64,000 nt of DNA from Alphaproteobacteria bacterium (GCA_045633945.1 JAZQZH010000016.1:7620-71619), one strand, 5' to 3'; positions 28,624 to 39,079 are shown, counted from the stretch's first letter. A program made the numbers and translations. Notes: a model not told the origin generated them from the sequence alone.

Positions 28624-29934
28624 TCAAACAGATTCTTTTTTATTTTTTTCCTTACGCAATTTATCAAAATAGTCGATTCGTTTTTTTATTTCTCTCTCAA
28701 ACCCTCTATCAACAGGATTATAAAAACGTCTTCTACCCATTTCTTCAGGAAAATAATTTTGCCCAGAAAAACCATCCTCTAAATCTTGGTCATAAACATA
28801 CCCTTCTTTATAACCCAATTCTTTCATTAATTTTGTTGGCGCGTTCAAAATATGTTTTGGGGGCATCAAAGATCCTGTTTTTCTTGCCACATCAAACACG
28901 CTATGCATAGCTTTATATACAGCAGCAGATTTAGGAGCAGTAGCCAAATATGCTGTCAATTGCATAATAGCCAAATCCCCTTCAGGGCTTCCAAGTCTCT
29001 CATACGTTTCAGAACACGCAATAGCTTGCACAACAGCATTAGGATCCGCAAGTGAAACATCTTCAACTGCAAACCGAACAAGCCGTCTTAAAATATATCT
29101 TGGATCTTCTCCTGAAACAATCATTCTACCAACCCAATACAAAGCAGCATCAACATCTGATCCTCTCAAAGACTTATGCACTGCAGATATAAGATTATAG
29201 TGTCCGTCACGCCCTTTGTCATAAACAGGCATACGAGAGCGGATAATTTTCATTAACTTATCTTTACCAAAAACTTCCCCCTCTTTAGCATACGCCCAAA
29301 CACTTTCTGCAAGATTTAATATATATCTTCCATCTCCATCTGCAACCGTCTTTAACAACTCTCTTGCCTCATCATCAATAGGAAGCTTAACCCCTTCTTC
29401 TCTTTCAGCTCTTTGTAAAAGTTCTTCAAAATTATCTTCGGTTAATCGATTTAAAACAAAAACCTGACATCTTGATAATAGCGCCGCATTTAATTCAAAA
29501 GATGGGTTTTCAGTCGTTGCACCAACCAATATCACTGTACCATCTTCCACATAAGGCAAAAAACCGTCTTGTTGAGATTTATTAAATCGATGAATCTCAT
29601 CCACAAATAAAAGTGTTCCTTTTCCTTGGGTAACTTTTCTATCATGTGCATACTGAAAAACTCTTTTTAAATCTGCAACACCAGAAAAAACAGCAGAAAT
29701 TTGCTCAAAATATAGATTTGTATGCTCCGCAATAAGTCGTGCTATTGTTGTTTTTCCACATCCCGGAGGTCCCCATAAAATAAAAGAAGACACCTTACCT
29801 GTAACAACCATCCTCCCCAAAGGAGAATCCTCCCCCAAAACCTGTTCTTGACCAACAACATCTTGGAGTTTCGTTGGGCGAAGCCTATCTGCAAGTGGGC
29901 GCTTAACCCTATTTGAAAACAACGTTTCTACCAT
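28624..29934 (-). CDS. rarA: replication-associated recombination protein A (MgsA/RarA AAA+ ATPase)
   Basis: LADRLRP..L.DVVGQ, Walker A GPPGCGKTT, Walker B FVDEIHRFNK, C-terminal MgsA domain. Confidence 0.94.
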   Translation of the reverse strand: MVETLFSNRVKRPLADRLRPTKLQDVVGQEQVLGEDSPLGRMVVTGKVSSFILWGPPGCGKTTIARLIAEHTNLYFEQISAVFSGVADLKRVFQYAHDRKVTQGKGTLLFVDEIHRFNKSQQDGFLPYVEDGTVILVGATTENPSFELNAALLSRCQVFVLNRLTEDNFEELLQRAEREEGVKLPIDDEARELLKTVADGDGRYILNLAESVWAYAKEGEVFGKDKLMKIIRSRMPVYDKGRDGHYNLISAVHKSLRGSDVDAALYWVGRMIVSGEDPRYILRRLVRFAVEDVSLADPNAVVQAIACSETYERLGSPEGDLAIMQLTAYLATAPKSAAVYKAMHSVFDVARKTGSLMPPKHILNAPTKLMKELGYKEGYVYDQDLEDGFSGQNYFPEEMGRRRFYNPVDRGFEREIKKRIDYFDKLRKEKNKKESV

Positions 29935-30092
29935 CTTTATTACTTAAAAAAATTAAAACCTCTCCATCTTCATAACACAAATATTTGAAAGCTACAACTA
30001 GATTTTTCACCATTTTTCACATATCTCTTGACACTTCTTTATAAAGTTATACTATTCATGTACATTTAATAACAACAATTTAAGGAAAAACT

Positions 30093-30878
30093 ATGAGTTT
30101 TAAAGATTTAGGATTAAGCAAAAACACAATCCACGCCATTGAAGATTTAGGTTATAAAGAGCCAACAACTGTACAAAAAGATGTTATTCCATCTGTTCTA
30201 GCTGGTAAAGATATATTTATTATAGCCCCATCTGCATGCGGCAAAACATGTTCATACATTTTTCCATTAATTGATATAATTTCACAAAACGAAGGTCAAA
30301 ATATCTTAATCATCACATCTGATGACAAAGAGGCTGTAAATGTTTCTGACAAATTATCTATCTTCAACAAATATCACGAAATAAATAACCGAAAAAATGA
30401 AGATTCAGAAACAGAAGCAAATGTAATTATTGGCGCGCCAAGTTTATTATTAGATAATATTACAGAAGAAAAGATAGATATCAACAATATAAACATTTTG
30501 GTTGTAGACGATATAAATTTAATAAAAAAGAACCGTCAATTAAAAAAATTAGATAAAATCTTAGAAATGCTTCCAGCAAACAAACAAAATATCGTTTTTA
30601 CAACACGCAGATCAAAAGAAACTCAAGACACATTAAATAAAATTCTAAAAACCCCTGCAGAAATCAAAATAGATAAAAATAAAGAAAGTGAAGTAAAAGA
30701 CGTTCAAAACGAACCAACTCTTCCTAAAGATGAAAACAAAAAAAACAAAAGAAACAAAGATAAAACCCCTCTTGATAAAAGAGCTATCGAACTCGCAAAG
30801 AAAAATAAGGCGTTTGGTTTTAACCCACCTCATTTCTTGCTCACAGAGTGTAAGCTCGTTGATGGAGAAGATTTATAA
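30093..30878 (+). CDS. degenerate DEAD-box-like protein: RecA-like domain 1 only, plus a Lys-rich tail
   Basis: Q-motif region is intact (F.DLGL...GYKEPTTVQ). Motif I reads APSACGKT (canonical AxTGSGKT), motif II reads VDDI (DEAD), motif III reads FTT (SAT). No helicase C-terminal domain within 261 aa. Confidence 0.6.
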   Translation: MSFKDLGLSKNTIHAIEDLGYKEPTTVQKDVIPSVLAGKDIFIIAPSACGKTCSYIFPLIDIISQNEGQNILIITSDDKEAVNVSDKLSIFNKYHEINNRKNEDSETEANVIIGAPSLLLDNITEEKIDINNINILVVDDINLIKKNRQLKKLDKILEMLPANKQNIVFTTRRSKETQDTLNKILKTPAEIKIDKNKESEVKDVQNEPTLPKDENKKNKRNKDKTPLDKRAIELAKKNKAFGFNPPHFLLTECKLVDGEDL

Positions 30879-30952
30879 AAAAATACTTGCGCTATTTTAA
30901 TGATAGCTCTATAAACAAACAAAAATATTAACCTATAAACTTGGAGATACAA

Positions 30953-31708
30953 ATGGCTGGACACTCCCAATTTAAGAATATTATGTACCGCAAAGGTGCA
31001 CAAGATGCAAAAAAAGCTAGAGTTTTTGCAAAGTTAGCTCGTGAAATTACAGTTGCCGCAAAATCAGGACTTCCAGAGCCTGACAAAAACCCTCGTTTGC
31101 GACTTGCAATCCAGGCTGCACGCGCAGAAAGTATGCCTAAAGACAACATTGAACGCGCTATTGCCAAAGCAACACAAGTTGCAGGCGGTGCTGATTTTAT
31201 CACTATGCGTTACGAAGGTTTTTCAGCAAACAAAGTTGCTGTTATTGTTGAAGCTTTAACAGATAACAAAAACAGAACAGCAAGCAATGTTCGTTCAATT
31301 TTCGGCAAACGTGGCGGAGCAATGGGGGAAACAGGTTCTGTTGCATTTAACTTCGAACGCATCGGATATATTGAATATCCTTTATCAGTTGCAGATGCAG
31401 ATAAAATGTTTGAAGAGGCTTTAGAGGCTGGTGCAAACGAGGTTGTTTCAGAAGATGATATTCACGCTATTGAAACAATTCCGGATGATCTTTCAACTGT
31501 AACAGAATCATTAGAACAAAAATTTGGTACACCATCTGCTTCTCGTCTAGACTGGAAACCAACTGTTAAAACAGATATTACAGATTTAGAAACAGCTAAA
31601 AAATTCTTAGAATTTATTGATGCTTTAGAAGAAGATGAAGATGTACAACATGTATACCACAATGCTGAAATAGCAGAAGATATTTTAGCAGAGTTAGAGG
31701 CTGAATAA
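30953..31708 (+). CDS. yebC: YebC/PmpR-family transcriptional regulator
   Basis: MAGHSQFKNIMYRKG N-terminus is canonical. GGAGA RBS at 30943-30947 favours the ATG at 30953 over the TTG at 30941. Confidence 0.93.
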   Translation: MAGHSQFKNIMYRKGAQDAKKARVFAKLAREITVAAKSGLPEPDKNPRLRLAIQAARAESMPKDNIERAIAKATQVAGGADFITMRYEGFSANKVAVIVEALTDNKNRTASNVRSIFGKRGGAMGETGSVAFNFERIGYIEYPLSVADADKMFEEALEAGANEVVSEDDIHAIETIPDDLSTVTESLEQKFGTPSASRLDWKPTVKTDITDLETAKKFLEFIDALEEDEDVQHVYHNAEIAEDILAELEAE

Positions 31709-32197
31709 ATGAGAATTCTAGGCCTTGACCCAAGTATATCATCAACTGGTTGGGGCATAATAGATGTTGAAGGAAACCGTTTGTCCTACGTGGCAGACGG
31801 TTTTATTCCAACATCTAACAAACTTCCCCTATCAGAGCGGTTGCATATTATATATAACGAACTACAAAAAGTTATAGAACAATATTCTCCAAATGAAGCC
31901 TCTATAGAAATCACTTTTCTAAATTCAAACCCTGAAACTTCATTAAAACTAAGTATGGCTAGAGGTGTAGTTTTTCTTATGCCTGCTCTAAACAATATTC
32001 CCTTATACGAATATGAACCAACCAAAGTAAAAAAAGCCCTAACCGGTGTAGGTAGGGCAGAAAAAACTCAAGTAGAAACAATGGTAAAAATATTGCTCCC
32101 TGGTGCAAAACCCAAAAACAACGATTCATCTGATGCCTTGGCTATCGCCATAACTCATGCAAATTTAAGAAATTCTTTTAATAACAAAACAGTATAA
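31709..32197 (+). CDS. ruvC: crossover junction endodeoxyribonuclease RuvC
   Basis: MRILGLDPS...GWG N-terminus and a C-terminal DSSDALAIAITH motif. Confidence 0.94.
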   Translation: MRILGLDPSISSTGWGIIDVEGNRLSYVADGFIPTSNKLPLSERLHIIYNELQKVIEQYSPNEASIEITFLNSNPETSLKLSMARGVVFLMPALNNIPLYEYEPTKVKKALTGVGRAEKTQVETMVKILLPGAKPKNNDSSDALAIAITHANLRNSFNNKTV

Positions 32198-32226
32198 AAA
32201 AGGAGGCTTTCACCTCCTTTTTTTTA
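32196..32226. terminator. bidirectional terminator between ruvC and the convergent cyclophilin gene
   Basis: AGGAGG-CTTTCA-CCTCCT hairpin flanked by A5 and T8. Confidence 0.7.
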
Positions 32227-32895
32227 CATATCTGCAACAACTTCCATGCTAACTATAATATCTGGATCATATACCATTCCATTATAGCCACCGCCTTTTT
32301 TGATATTATCAACAAATTCCATACCGCTCACAACCTTGCCCCAAACAGTATATTGACCATCCAAGTGAGGAGCATCGTCAAAACAAATAAAGAATTGACT
32401 ATCTGCAGAATTAGGATCCATAGCTCTAGCCATAGAAACAGTACCGCGAGTATGTGGAACAATATTAAATTCAGCTTTTAATTTTTTACCACTTCCACCT
32501 GTACCTGTTCCCAAAGGACAACCTGTTTGAGCCATAAAACCATCAATAACTCTATGGAATTTCAAACCATTATAAAAACCCTCTCTAACCAACTCTTTAA
32601 TTCTAGCAACATGATTAGGTGCTATATCAGGCAACATCTCTATCACAACCTCGCCATCTTTTAACTTTAAAACCAACGCATTTTCTGCGTCTTTTACATT
32701 ATAAGAATGTTTCATTTTCTTACCTCTCGTTTCACTTACTTCCAATTTTTTAACTTCTTCAACACCAATACTTTTAGTATCACTTTTATCCAAAGCTTTT
32801 GTTTCACTTTTAGCTAAAACATTTCCCATCATAAAACCCTTTACAACCAAAATTACTGTTAAAACTAAAACTATATTTAGGAATTTATTTTTCAT
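32224..32895 (-). CDS. cyclophilin-type peptidyl-prolyl isomerase with N-terminal signal/anchor and about 60-aa linker
   Basis: FHRVIDGFMAQTGCP, SMAR and QFFICF cyclophilin motifs. Hydrophobic N-terminus. Overlaps the ATP-grasp gene end by 11 nt. Confidence 0.9.
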   Translation of the reverse strand: MKNKFLNIVLVLTVILVVKGFMMGNVLAKSETKALDKSDTKSIGVEEVKKLEVSETRGKKMKHSYNVKDAENALVLKLKDGEVVIEMLPDIAPNHVARIKELVREGFYNGLKFHRVIDGFMAQTGCPLGTGTGGSGKKLKAEFNIVPHTRGTVSMARAMDPNSADSQFFICFDDAPHLDGQYTVWGKVVSGMEFVDNIKKGGGYNGMVYDPDIIVSMEVVADM

Positions 32896-33829
32896 AATTC
32901 AACACCCAATTAATACGTTCTTCTGCTGTTAAACCTTCAGGATAAGAATCTATTTCTTTAAGTCTATCCCTTAAACCCACTCCATTAGCGATCTGTATAG
33001 CAAGCCCGGGTCTTGCATTTATCTCTAACATCATTGGCCCTCTTTCCTTATCAAGCACAATATCAGCCCCCAAATACCCAAGGCCGGTCATATCGTACGC
33101 CATTGCCCCAATAAGAAGATGTTCTCTCCAAAAAGGAACCTTTAATTCCATAAGATTAGCCCCAGTGTCAGGATGATGTGTAACCTGTTTATTGTGCATA
33201 ACTGCATTCAGCGTTTTACCCGTTTTCACATCTAAACCAACACCAACAGCCCCTTGATGAAGATTAGCTCGCCCACCAGACTCTTTAGTTGCAAGTCTCA
33301 TCATAACCATTGCGGGATACCCTTTATAAACAATAACTCTAACATCTGGCACGCCACGATAACTAAAATCCTTAAAAACTTTACTAAAATTTACTGTTTC
33401 CTCTATCAAAGCAACATCATATTTGCCACCAAGACTAAATAAACCACTTAATGTATTTGATATATGTTTATACACATCATCAAAAGTCAAAACATCACCT
33501 GAAGCATTTATAAATTCATTTTCATTATGTTCTTTTATAACCAAAACACCTTTACCACCACTTCCATGCGCAGGTTTAATTACAAAAGTCTTATATCCTT
33601 TAACAATATTAATAAAGTTTTTTACTTGATACTGATGCTCAATAATACCAATCATTTTTGGAGTATTAATATTTACACTATTAGCTAACCTTTTGGTCTT
33701 CACCTTATCATCAACCAACGTATACAAAGAACGCTTATTCTGTTTCGCAATCACATCATAATTGCGCCTATTCATCCCCAACACACCCTGTTTGCTAAGT
33801 TTTTTTGCTATTTCAAACCAATTAAACAT
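32885..33829 (-). CDS. RimK-related ATP-grasp ligase (alpha-L-glutamate ligase-like family)
   Basis: GVLGMNRRN near the N-terminus, VIKPAHGSGGKGV, and GADIVLD...MLEINARPGL ATP-grasp motifs. The likely start at 33829 forms an ATGTTTAA overlap with the upstream stop. Confidence 0.8.
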   Translation of the reverse strand: MFNWFEIAKKLSKQGVLGMNRRNYDVIAKQNKRSLYTLVDDKVKTKRLANSVNINTPKMIGIIEHQYQVKNFINIVKGYKTFVIKPAHGSGGKGVLVIKEHNENEFINASGDVLTFDDVYKHISNTLSGLFSLGGKYDVALIEETVNFSKVFKDFSYRGVPDVRVIVYKGYPAMVMMRLATKESGGRANLHQGAVGVGLDVKTGKTLNAVMHNKQVTHHPDTGANLMELKVPFWREHLLIGAMAYDMTGLGYLGADIVLDKERGPMMLEINARPGLAIQIANGVGLRDRLKEIDSYPEGLTAEERINWVLNYEK

Positions 33830-35378
33830 TAGCACTTTCCTCGCTTTTAACAAGGGGGGCAAATCTCATAAGTTCGGTCAATCTATAACCAGTATAGGTC
33901 CCCAAAAGCATAACTATAAACATTATCACAATATTAAATTCATTAAACGCAAACATTATATGGCGAACATATTCATCACTAACCACTATATAAGTAATCA
34001 GCGCCGTCAAAACGGTGTTAAAAATCTCTTTAATTGTATTTTTTGCCCCCTCTTCTTCCCATGTAATAGATGCACGCTCAATTATCCATGCTGTAATAAT
34101 TATAGGAAAGAATATTGCTGAACTAATAAGATGACTATCCATCTTGTATCCAACAACAGTAAGCACCTGTATTAACAAAATAACAAAAATCACTACAAAT
34201 GAGATTCTAGGAACAAGCAACAAGTTAAGTCTTGCAACCACTGCTCTCATCAACAGACCAAAAAATATCATTATAGAAAAACACACAACTCCAGGAATAA
34301 GCCCTGTTTTTACAAGCGAAATAGCGAGCAACATTGGTGTAAATGTTCCCATTGTAGAAACACCAATAACATTTCTCATCAACACCACAACAAGTATCGC
34401 CAAAGGAAAAATCATCAACCACTTCAATGTGTTTTGTTCAAATATTGGTAAAGAATATACACTATATTCATAAGGAATAAGCAATTTATGATCTCTAGCT
34501 TTATGTTTAGCCATTTTTTCAGGAGTAGTAACAGACTTCAAAACAGAAAACATTACTTTAGAATCTTCTCCGCCTCGAACATCTAGCAAAGAAACCCCTC
34601 CACGCTGAAATACTACCAAATTTTTAGCAAGCCCAACATTTGCATTATTCAAATCATATATTTTCCACTTACCATCAAAAAACGCTTCTAACATAATATC
34701 AGGTTTTTCTGTTTTTTTACCCTCTTCCAGCTTTATCACCCTAACAATTCTAGCTGGAATTCTTTTATACGCTAAAACATTAATAATTTTTTCCGCAAAT
34801 TCTTTTGGCGTATAATTCAATGGAATAACCAAACTCATAGATGGATTAACCACCTCTTTATTTATAGCTCGAATAACTTTTTGAACCTTATCTCCATCAT
34901 ATAAACCAACCAACTCCCAAAGTTTGCCCATTTGCTCCTTTTCTTCATCCGAAAGTATTGGTCGCTCTATTTTTATTGGCTTCATTTCATCACCCTTAAC
35001 ATCGCTAACATCGTCAAAAATGCTAAAACGATAATAAAGATTTTGCTTTCCTTTTTTATTTTTCCCCCTAAAAACTATTCTACTATTTGTTTTATCGTGC
35101 TCAATAACATATTTTTTTGCAACAACCTCTTCGCTTAATATCTTAAAACTATAATTAGTTGTTGGCACACTTAACCCAACCTCAACATCACCACCTAAAG
35201 CATCAAAAGAAACTTTAGCATCAATAGTCCACACATCTGTAACCGCACGAGGAGAAACAGTAAACCCCCAATACTTTATTTTATAATAACAACAAACAGA
35301 AGCATACAATATAGACAACAAAAGCAATAAAAATAATACTTTTCTAACGCTAAAAATCTTAACAATACTTTTTTTCAT
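33822..35378 (-). CDS. membrane protein: N-terminal anchor, about 300-aa extracytoplasmic (inactive transglutaminase-like) region, and a C-terminal 7TM block
   Basis: 518 aa. One N-terminal helix and a C-terminal ~190 aa made of about 7 hydrophobic helices. The family call comes from architecture and gene context, not from a catalytic motif. Confidence 0.6.
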   Translation of the reverse strand: MKKSIVKIFSVRKVLFLLLLLSILYASVCCYYKIKYWGFTVSPRAVTDVWTIDAKVSFDALGGDVEVGLSVPTTNYSFKILSEEVVAKKYVIEHDKTNSRIVFRGKNKKGKQNLYYRFSIFDDVSDVKGDEMKPIKIERPILSDEEKEQMGKLWELVGLYDGDKVQKVIRAINKEVVNPSMSLVIPLNYTPKEFAEKIINVLAYKRIPARIVRVIKLEEGKKTEKPDIMLEAFFDGKWKIYDLNNANVGLAKNLVVFQRGGVSLLDVRGGEDSKVMFSVLKSVTTPEKMAKHKARDHKLLIPYEYSVYSLPIFEQNTLKWLMIFPLAILVVVLMRNVIGVSTMGTFTPMLLAISLVKTGLIPGVVCFSIMIFFGLLMRAVVARLNLLLVPRISFVVIFVILLIQVLTVVGYKMDSHLISSAIFFPIIITAWIIERASITWEEEGAKNTIKEIFNTVLTALITYIVVSDEYVRHIMFAFNEFNIVIMFIVMLLGTYTGYRLTELMRFAPLVKSEESANV

Positions 35379-35387
35379 TTTAGTTCC

Positions 35388-35924
35388 TTAGTTCAATGTA
35401 TAAGAGGTGGATGTATCAACAATAAATCTACCTGTTAAAATATTACGGCCAATCAACCCCTGATAATCAAATTGACTTCTATCTGCAATAGAGAACATTG
35501 CGCTAAAAATCTCGCCACCCAGTTTAACGTCCATCTTAACTGCTCTACGTCTTTCATCTTCACCCATTCGCCTAACCTTAAAAGAGCGCTCTACTTTCTT
35601 CTCAAAAACATGCTCTTCACCTGTTTTGCGATTTTTCAATTTAAAAGAAACCCATTTTTCTCCATCACGCTCAAAATACTCCACATCATCACAGTCAATA
35701 GACGAGGTTGTAGCGCCCGTATCAATTCTTGCTAAAAAAGGAGTTTTCATTGGTAAAAAATAAATAGGCTCAACCTCTCCAATTATAGGTAGGTGATGAG
35801 CCTTCTCAATAACTATCTCCTTTTTTGTAGTATTAACACTATGAACAACCGCCGGCACAATTACTTGTTTTGTTTGGCAAGCAGAAAGCAAAACAATGGT
35901 CATCAATATAAAAATTTTATGCAT
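35388..35924 (-). CDS. retropepsin-like aspartic protease lipoprotein (PF05618, so-called ATP-dependent zinc protease, RimB-like family)
   Basis: Lipobox LLSAC at residues 12-16. Aspartic-protease motif RIDTGATTSS. 178 aa. Confidence 0.75.
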   Translation of the reverse strand: MHKIFILMTIVLLSACQTKQVIVPAVVHSVNTTKKEIVIEKAHHLPIIGEVEPIYFLPMKTPFLARIDTGATTSSIDCDDVEYFERDGEKWVSFKLKNRKTGEEHVFEKKVERSFKVRRMGEDERRRAVKMDVKLGGEIFSAMFSIADRSQFDYQGLIGRNILTGRFIVDTSTSYTLN

Positions 35925-36076
35925 TTATCTCTAAAACCTTTTAATATTTCACAAATTATTCTGCACAAGAATACTTCTAAAATATATAACAAACATCAAT
36001 AAAATAAAACTAATGCACAATGTTTTTACATTAATATAGAATATTTACAATAAAGCAGTGTATTTAAACCGTGTAT

Positions 36077-37228
36077 TTAAAACATAACAGTAGCTCTTAA
36101 ACTGGTTGCAAAACCATAATTAGATTTTTGATCCAACGCTGGATTAATATAAAGCTGAACATCAGGTGTTATGACAACCATATCCCCAACTCCAAAAGAC
36201 CAATAAGCCTCCACCATTTGCTCTGCGCTATGATATATTTTTTCACCAACTGCTTTTTCATCTATTTTATTATATGCATAAGCAAGCCCTATTTGATCTA
36301 ACTCATTTCTATCAAATGGATTGTTATACACACCACCCAACACCCATGATTGCTTAACCTCTTCTACATCACCACTTGTTTCGTTAACCCTTGCAAAAAC
36401 ACTCAATTTCTCACCAATATCTTGAGATAAATTCAAAGACCAACCATTTGTAGTTTGTTGCTGTTCTTTAACCCAAGGTTGATTATACACCAACAATGAC
36501 GCCACCATATCTCCCAATCCTTTAATTGTTGGGTTATACTCCACATAACCAAATGTAGTATAATGTTTTTCATTAAGATTATTAAACCTAATACTTTGCG
36601 CATCAATATTTGTCCCATCTTGTCCTCCCAAAGCAATGGTCCATTCATCATTAGGATTAATTTGAGCATAAAAACCCAACCCGGCTTGTGTATATGATGC
36701 CGAAGCATTTTGCGACAAGGCCTCATTTAAAAAGTTAATTTGCTGATTTGCATCATAATCCGTTCCATCAAAATTATATAAAGGAAAATGCCCCAAACCG
36801 AGTGTCAGCCAATCATATTTTCCACCAAATTGATATGTATAATAAAGTTCATTAAACTCATTTTCTCCACTTGAATAATCATTTATAGGAGTAACAAAAC
36901 CAGAGTTATTACCTAAATCACTTGCATTATGATTTCCATACCGAATTACCGTATATGCAAAGTTTAATGTACCGACCCCGTTTTTGTTATTAAACATCTC
37001 CCAGCTAAAAGATGGATACAAATATCCTTGAACAGCGTTATTTTTTCCATTAGGTGATGTTCTTTGCTCTAAAATAGAAACATCAACGCTGTAATCAAAA
37101 CCATACTTTTTATTTATCCTATTTTTAAAATCTTGATAATTATCAAAAACTCCTTGTGCCTTTGCGTTTGTGTTAGAAAAGCACATAATTAAGCTAAACA
37201 AAAAAACTATACTTCTTTTCATATTCAC
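36077..37228 (-). CDS. outer-membrane porin, probably the OprB carbohydrate-selective family
   Basis: 383 aa. Signal peptide ending NAKA-Q, aromatic-rich beta strands, C-terminal ...RATVMF. Confidence 0.55.
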   Translation of the reverse strand: MNMKRSIVFLFSLIMCFSNTNAKAQGVFDNYQDFKNRINKKYGFDYSVDVSILEQRTSPNGKNNAVQGYLYPSFSWEMFNNKNGVGTLNFAYTVIRYGNHNASDLGNNSGFVTPINDYSSGENEFNELYYTYQFGGKYDWLTLGLGHFPLYNFDGTDYDANQQINFLNEALSQNASASYTQAGLGFYAQINPNDEWTIALGGQDGTNIDAQSIRFNNLNEKHYTTFGYVEYNPTIKGLGDMVASLLVYNQPWVKEQQQTTNGWSLNLSQDIGEKLSVFARVNETSGDVEEVKQSWVLGGVYNNPFDRNELDQIGLAYAYNKIDEKAVGEKIYHSAEQMVEAYWSFGVGDMVVITPDVQLYINPALDQKSNYGFATSLRATVMF

Positions 37229-37355
37229 CCCTTTTTTATATTAAATCCCACCAAAACATAATATCTAAAAACATGAAAAAAAGGGGGGTATACAAAAAAA
37301 GCTCTTGAATAGTAAAGTTAATTTTTATAATATCTAAACGACAAAGGATTTACAA

Positions 37356-38012
37356 ATGATAGCAAAACTAAAAGGTATTATAGATAACATAGGTGAAGAC
37401 TGCTGTATTATAGATGTAAACGGTGTCGGATACCTAGTTAACACATCTTCTAAAACTCTCTCAAAACTAACTCAGGGAGAACACACTACTTTACTCATAG
37501 AAACAGTAATAAAAGAAGATAGCATAACTTTATTTGGCTTCCAATCCCCTTGGGAAAAAGAATGGTTTAACACTCTTACAAAAATTCAAGGTGTTGGCGG
37601 GAAAGTTTGCTTAGCTATTTTAAGCACTTTAAGTCCTGCGGAGTTATCGCAAGCTGTCTCTGCTCAAGACAAAACCCCTTTCTTAAGAGCATCCGGTGTA
37701 GGTCCTAAATTAGCAACAAGATTGGTAACAGAATTAAAAGATAAAATTGTTACCATTCCTGTTGAATATCTTTCATCAAACAATTTAAACACTGTATTTA
37801 AAGATGAAAAAGAACCAAAACAATTAACTTCAATAATTGAACAACAAAACGATGAAACTTATTCAAAAACAGAAGATCTAACATCTGCCCTAACAAACCT
37901 AGGTTACCAAAAAATTGATGCACACCGAGTTGCTTCAACAGTTTGCCTACACAATAAAGATGCAGATTTTGGAACACTTATTCGTTTAGCTTTAAAAGAA
38001 TTTAATAAATAG
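37356..38012 (+). CDS. ruvA: Holliday junction helicase subunit RuvA
   Basis: MIAKLKG.I......IDVNGVGY N-terminus and a helix-hairpin-helix GVGPKLA motif. Confidence 0.94.
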   Translation: MIAKLKGIIDNIGEDCCIIDVNGVGYLVNTSSKTLSKLTQGEHTTLLIETVIKEDSITLFGFQSPWEKEWFNTLTKIQGVGGKVCLAILSTLSPAELSQAVSAQDKTPFLRASGVGPKLATRLVTELKDKIVTIPVEYLSSNNLNTVFKDEKEPKQLTSIIEQQNDETYSKTEDLTSALTNLGYQKIDAHRVASTVCLHNKDADFGTLIRLALKEFNK

Positions 38013-38020
38013 GAGAACTT

Positions 38021-39076
38021 ATGCAAAATAAACAAGAAAGACTTTTAAGTGCAGAAAAACTCTCTATAGATGAGGGCGGCTCTCCTATTGCCATAAACCT
38101 AAGACCATCAACTCTAGATGAGTTTATTGGGCAAGACAAAGTTTGTCAAAATCTAAAAGTATTCATACAATCAGCCAAACAAAGAGGAGAGGTTCTAGAC
38201 CACGTTTTATTATACGGACCTCCTGGTTTAGGTAAAACAACACTCTCAAATATCATATCAAAAGAGTTAGGTGTTGGATTTAAAGCAACCTCCGCTCCAA
38301 TGATTACCAAATCAGGTGATCTTGCAGCAATATTAACAAATCTCGAAGCAAAAGATGTTTTATTTATCGATGAAATTCATCGATTAAATCCTGCGATAGA
38401 AGAGGTTTTATATTCCGCTATGGAAGACTTCCAATTAGATATAATTATCGGAGAGGGGCCTTCTGCTCGCTCCGTAAAAATAGACCTACAGCCATTCACA
38501 CTAGTTGGAGCAACCACTCGCTCTGGATTGGTATCTACACCACTTCGTGAAAGATTTGGAATACCTTTACGAATGGATTTTTATAATCATGAAGACCTAA
38601 AAAAGATAGTTCAACGAGGTGCAAAATTATTAAATATGCCAATATCAAATGACGGAGCAATGGAAGTTGCTAAACGTTCAAGAGGAACGCCTCGAATAGC
38701 GGGAAGACTTCTAAAAAGAGTAAGAGACTTTGGTGCTGTTGCCGGCAATGTAGAGATAGATTCAAGTATTGCAGACAAAGCTTTAAGTCTTTTAGATGTT
38801 GACCCTTATGGACTAGATGAGTTTGATCGCCGCTATCTTAACTGTATAGCAAAAAATTATGGAGGAGGTCCTGTTGGCGCAGACACTCTTTCCGCTGCAT
38901 TATCAGAAGAGAGAGACACTATAGAAGAGGTAATAGAACCATACTTATTAAAACTTGGTTTTCTCCAAAGAACACCAAGAGGACGAGTTCTTTCAGAACA
39001 AGGTTGCAAATATCTCGGCGTAAAAAACTCCAAAAACAACAACCAAATTAGTTTTATAGATGATTTAGGATTTTAA
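38021..39076 (+). CDS. ruvB: Holliday junction helicase RuvB
   Basis: [26 protein letters not shown] and [11 protein letters not shown] motifs. Confidence 0.97.
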   Translation: MQNKQERLLSAEKLSIDEGGSPIAINLRPSTLDEFIGQDKVCQNLKVFIQSAKQRGEVLDHVLLYGPPGLGKTTLSNIISKELGVGFKATSAPMITKSGDLAAILTNLEAKDVLFIDEIHRLNPAIEEVLYSAMEDFQLDIIIGEGPSARSVKIDLQPFTLVGATTRSGLVSTPLRERFGIPLRMDFYNHEDLKKIVQRGAKLLNMPISNDGAMEVAKRSRGTPRIAGRLLKRVRDFGAVAGNVEIDSSIADKALSLLDVDPYGLDEFDRRYLNCIAKNYGGGPVGADTLSAALSEERDTIEEVIEPYLLKLGFLQRTPRGRVLSEQGCKYLGVKNSKNNNQISFIDDLGF

Positions 39077-39079
39077 AAT

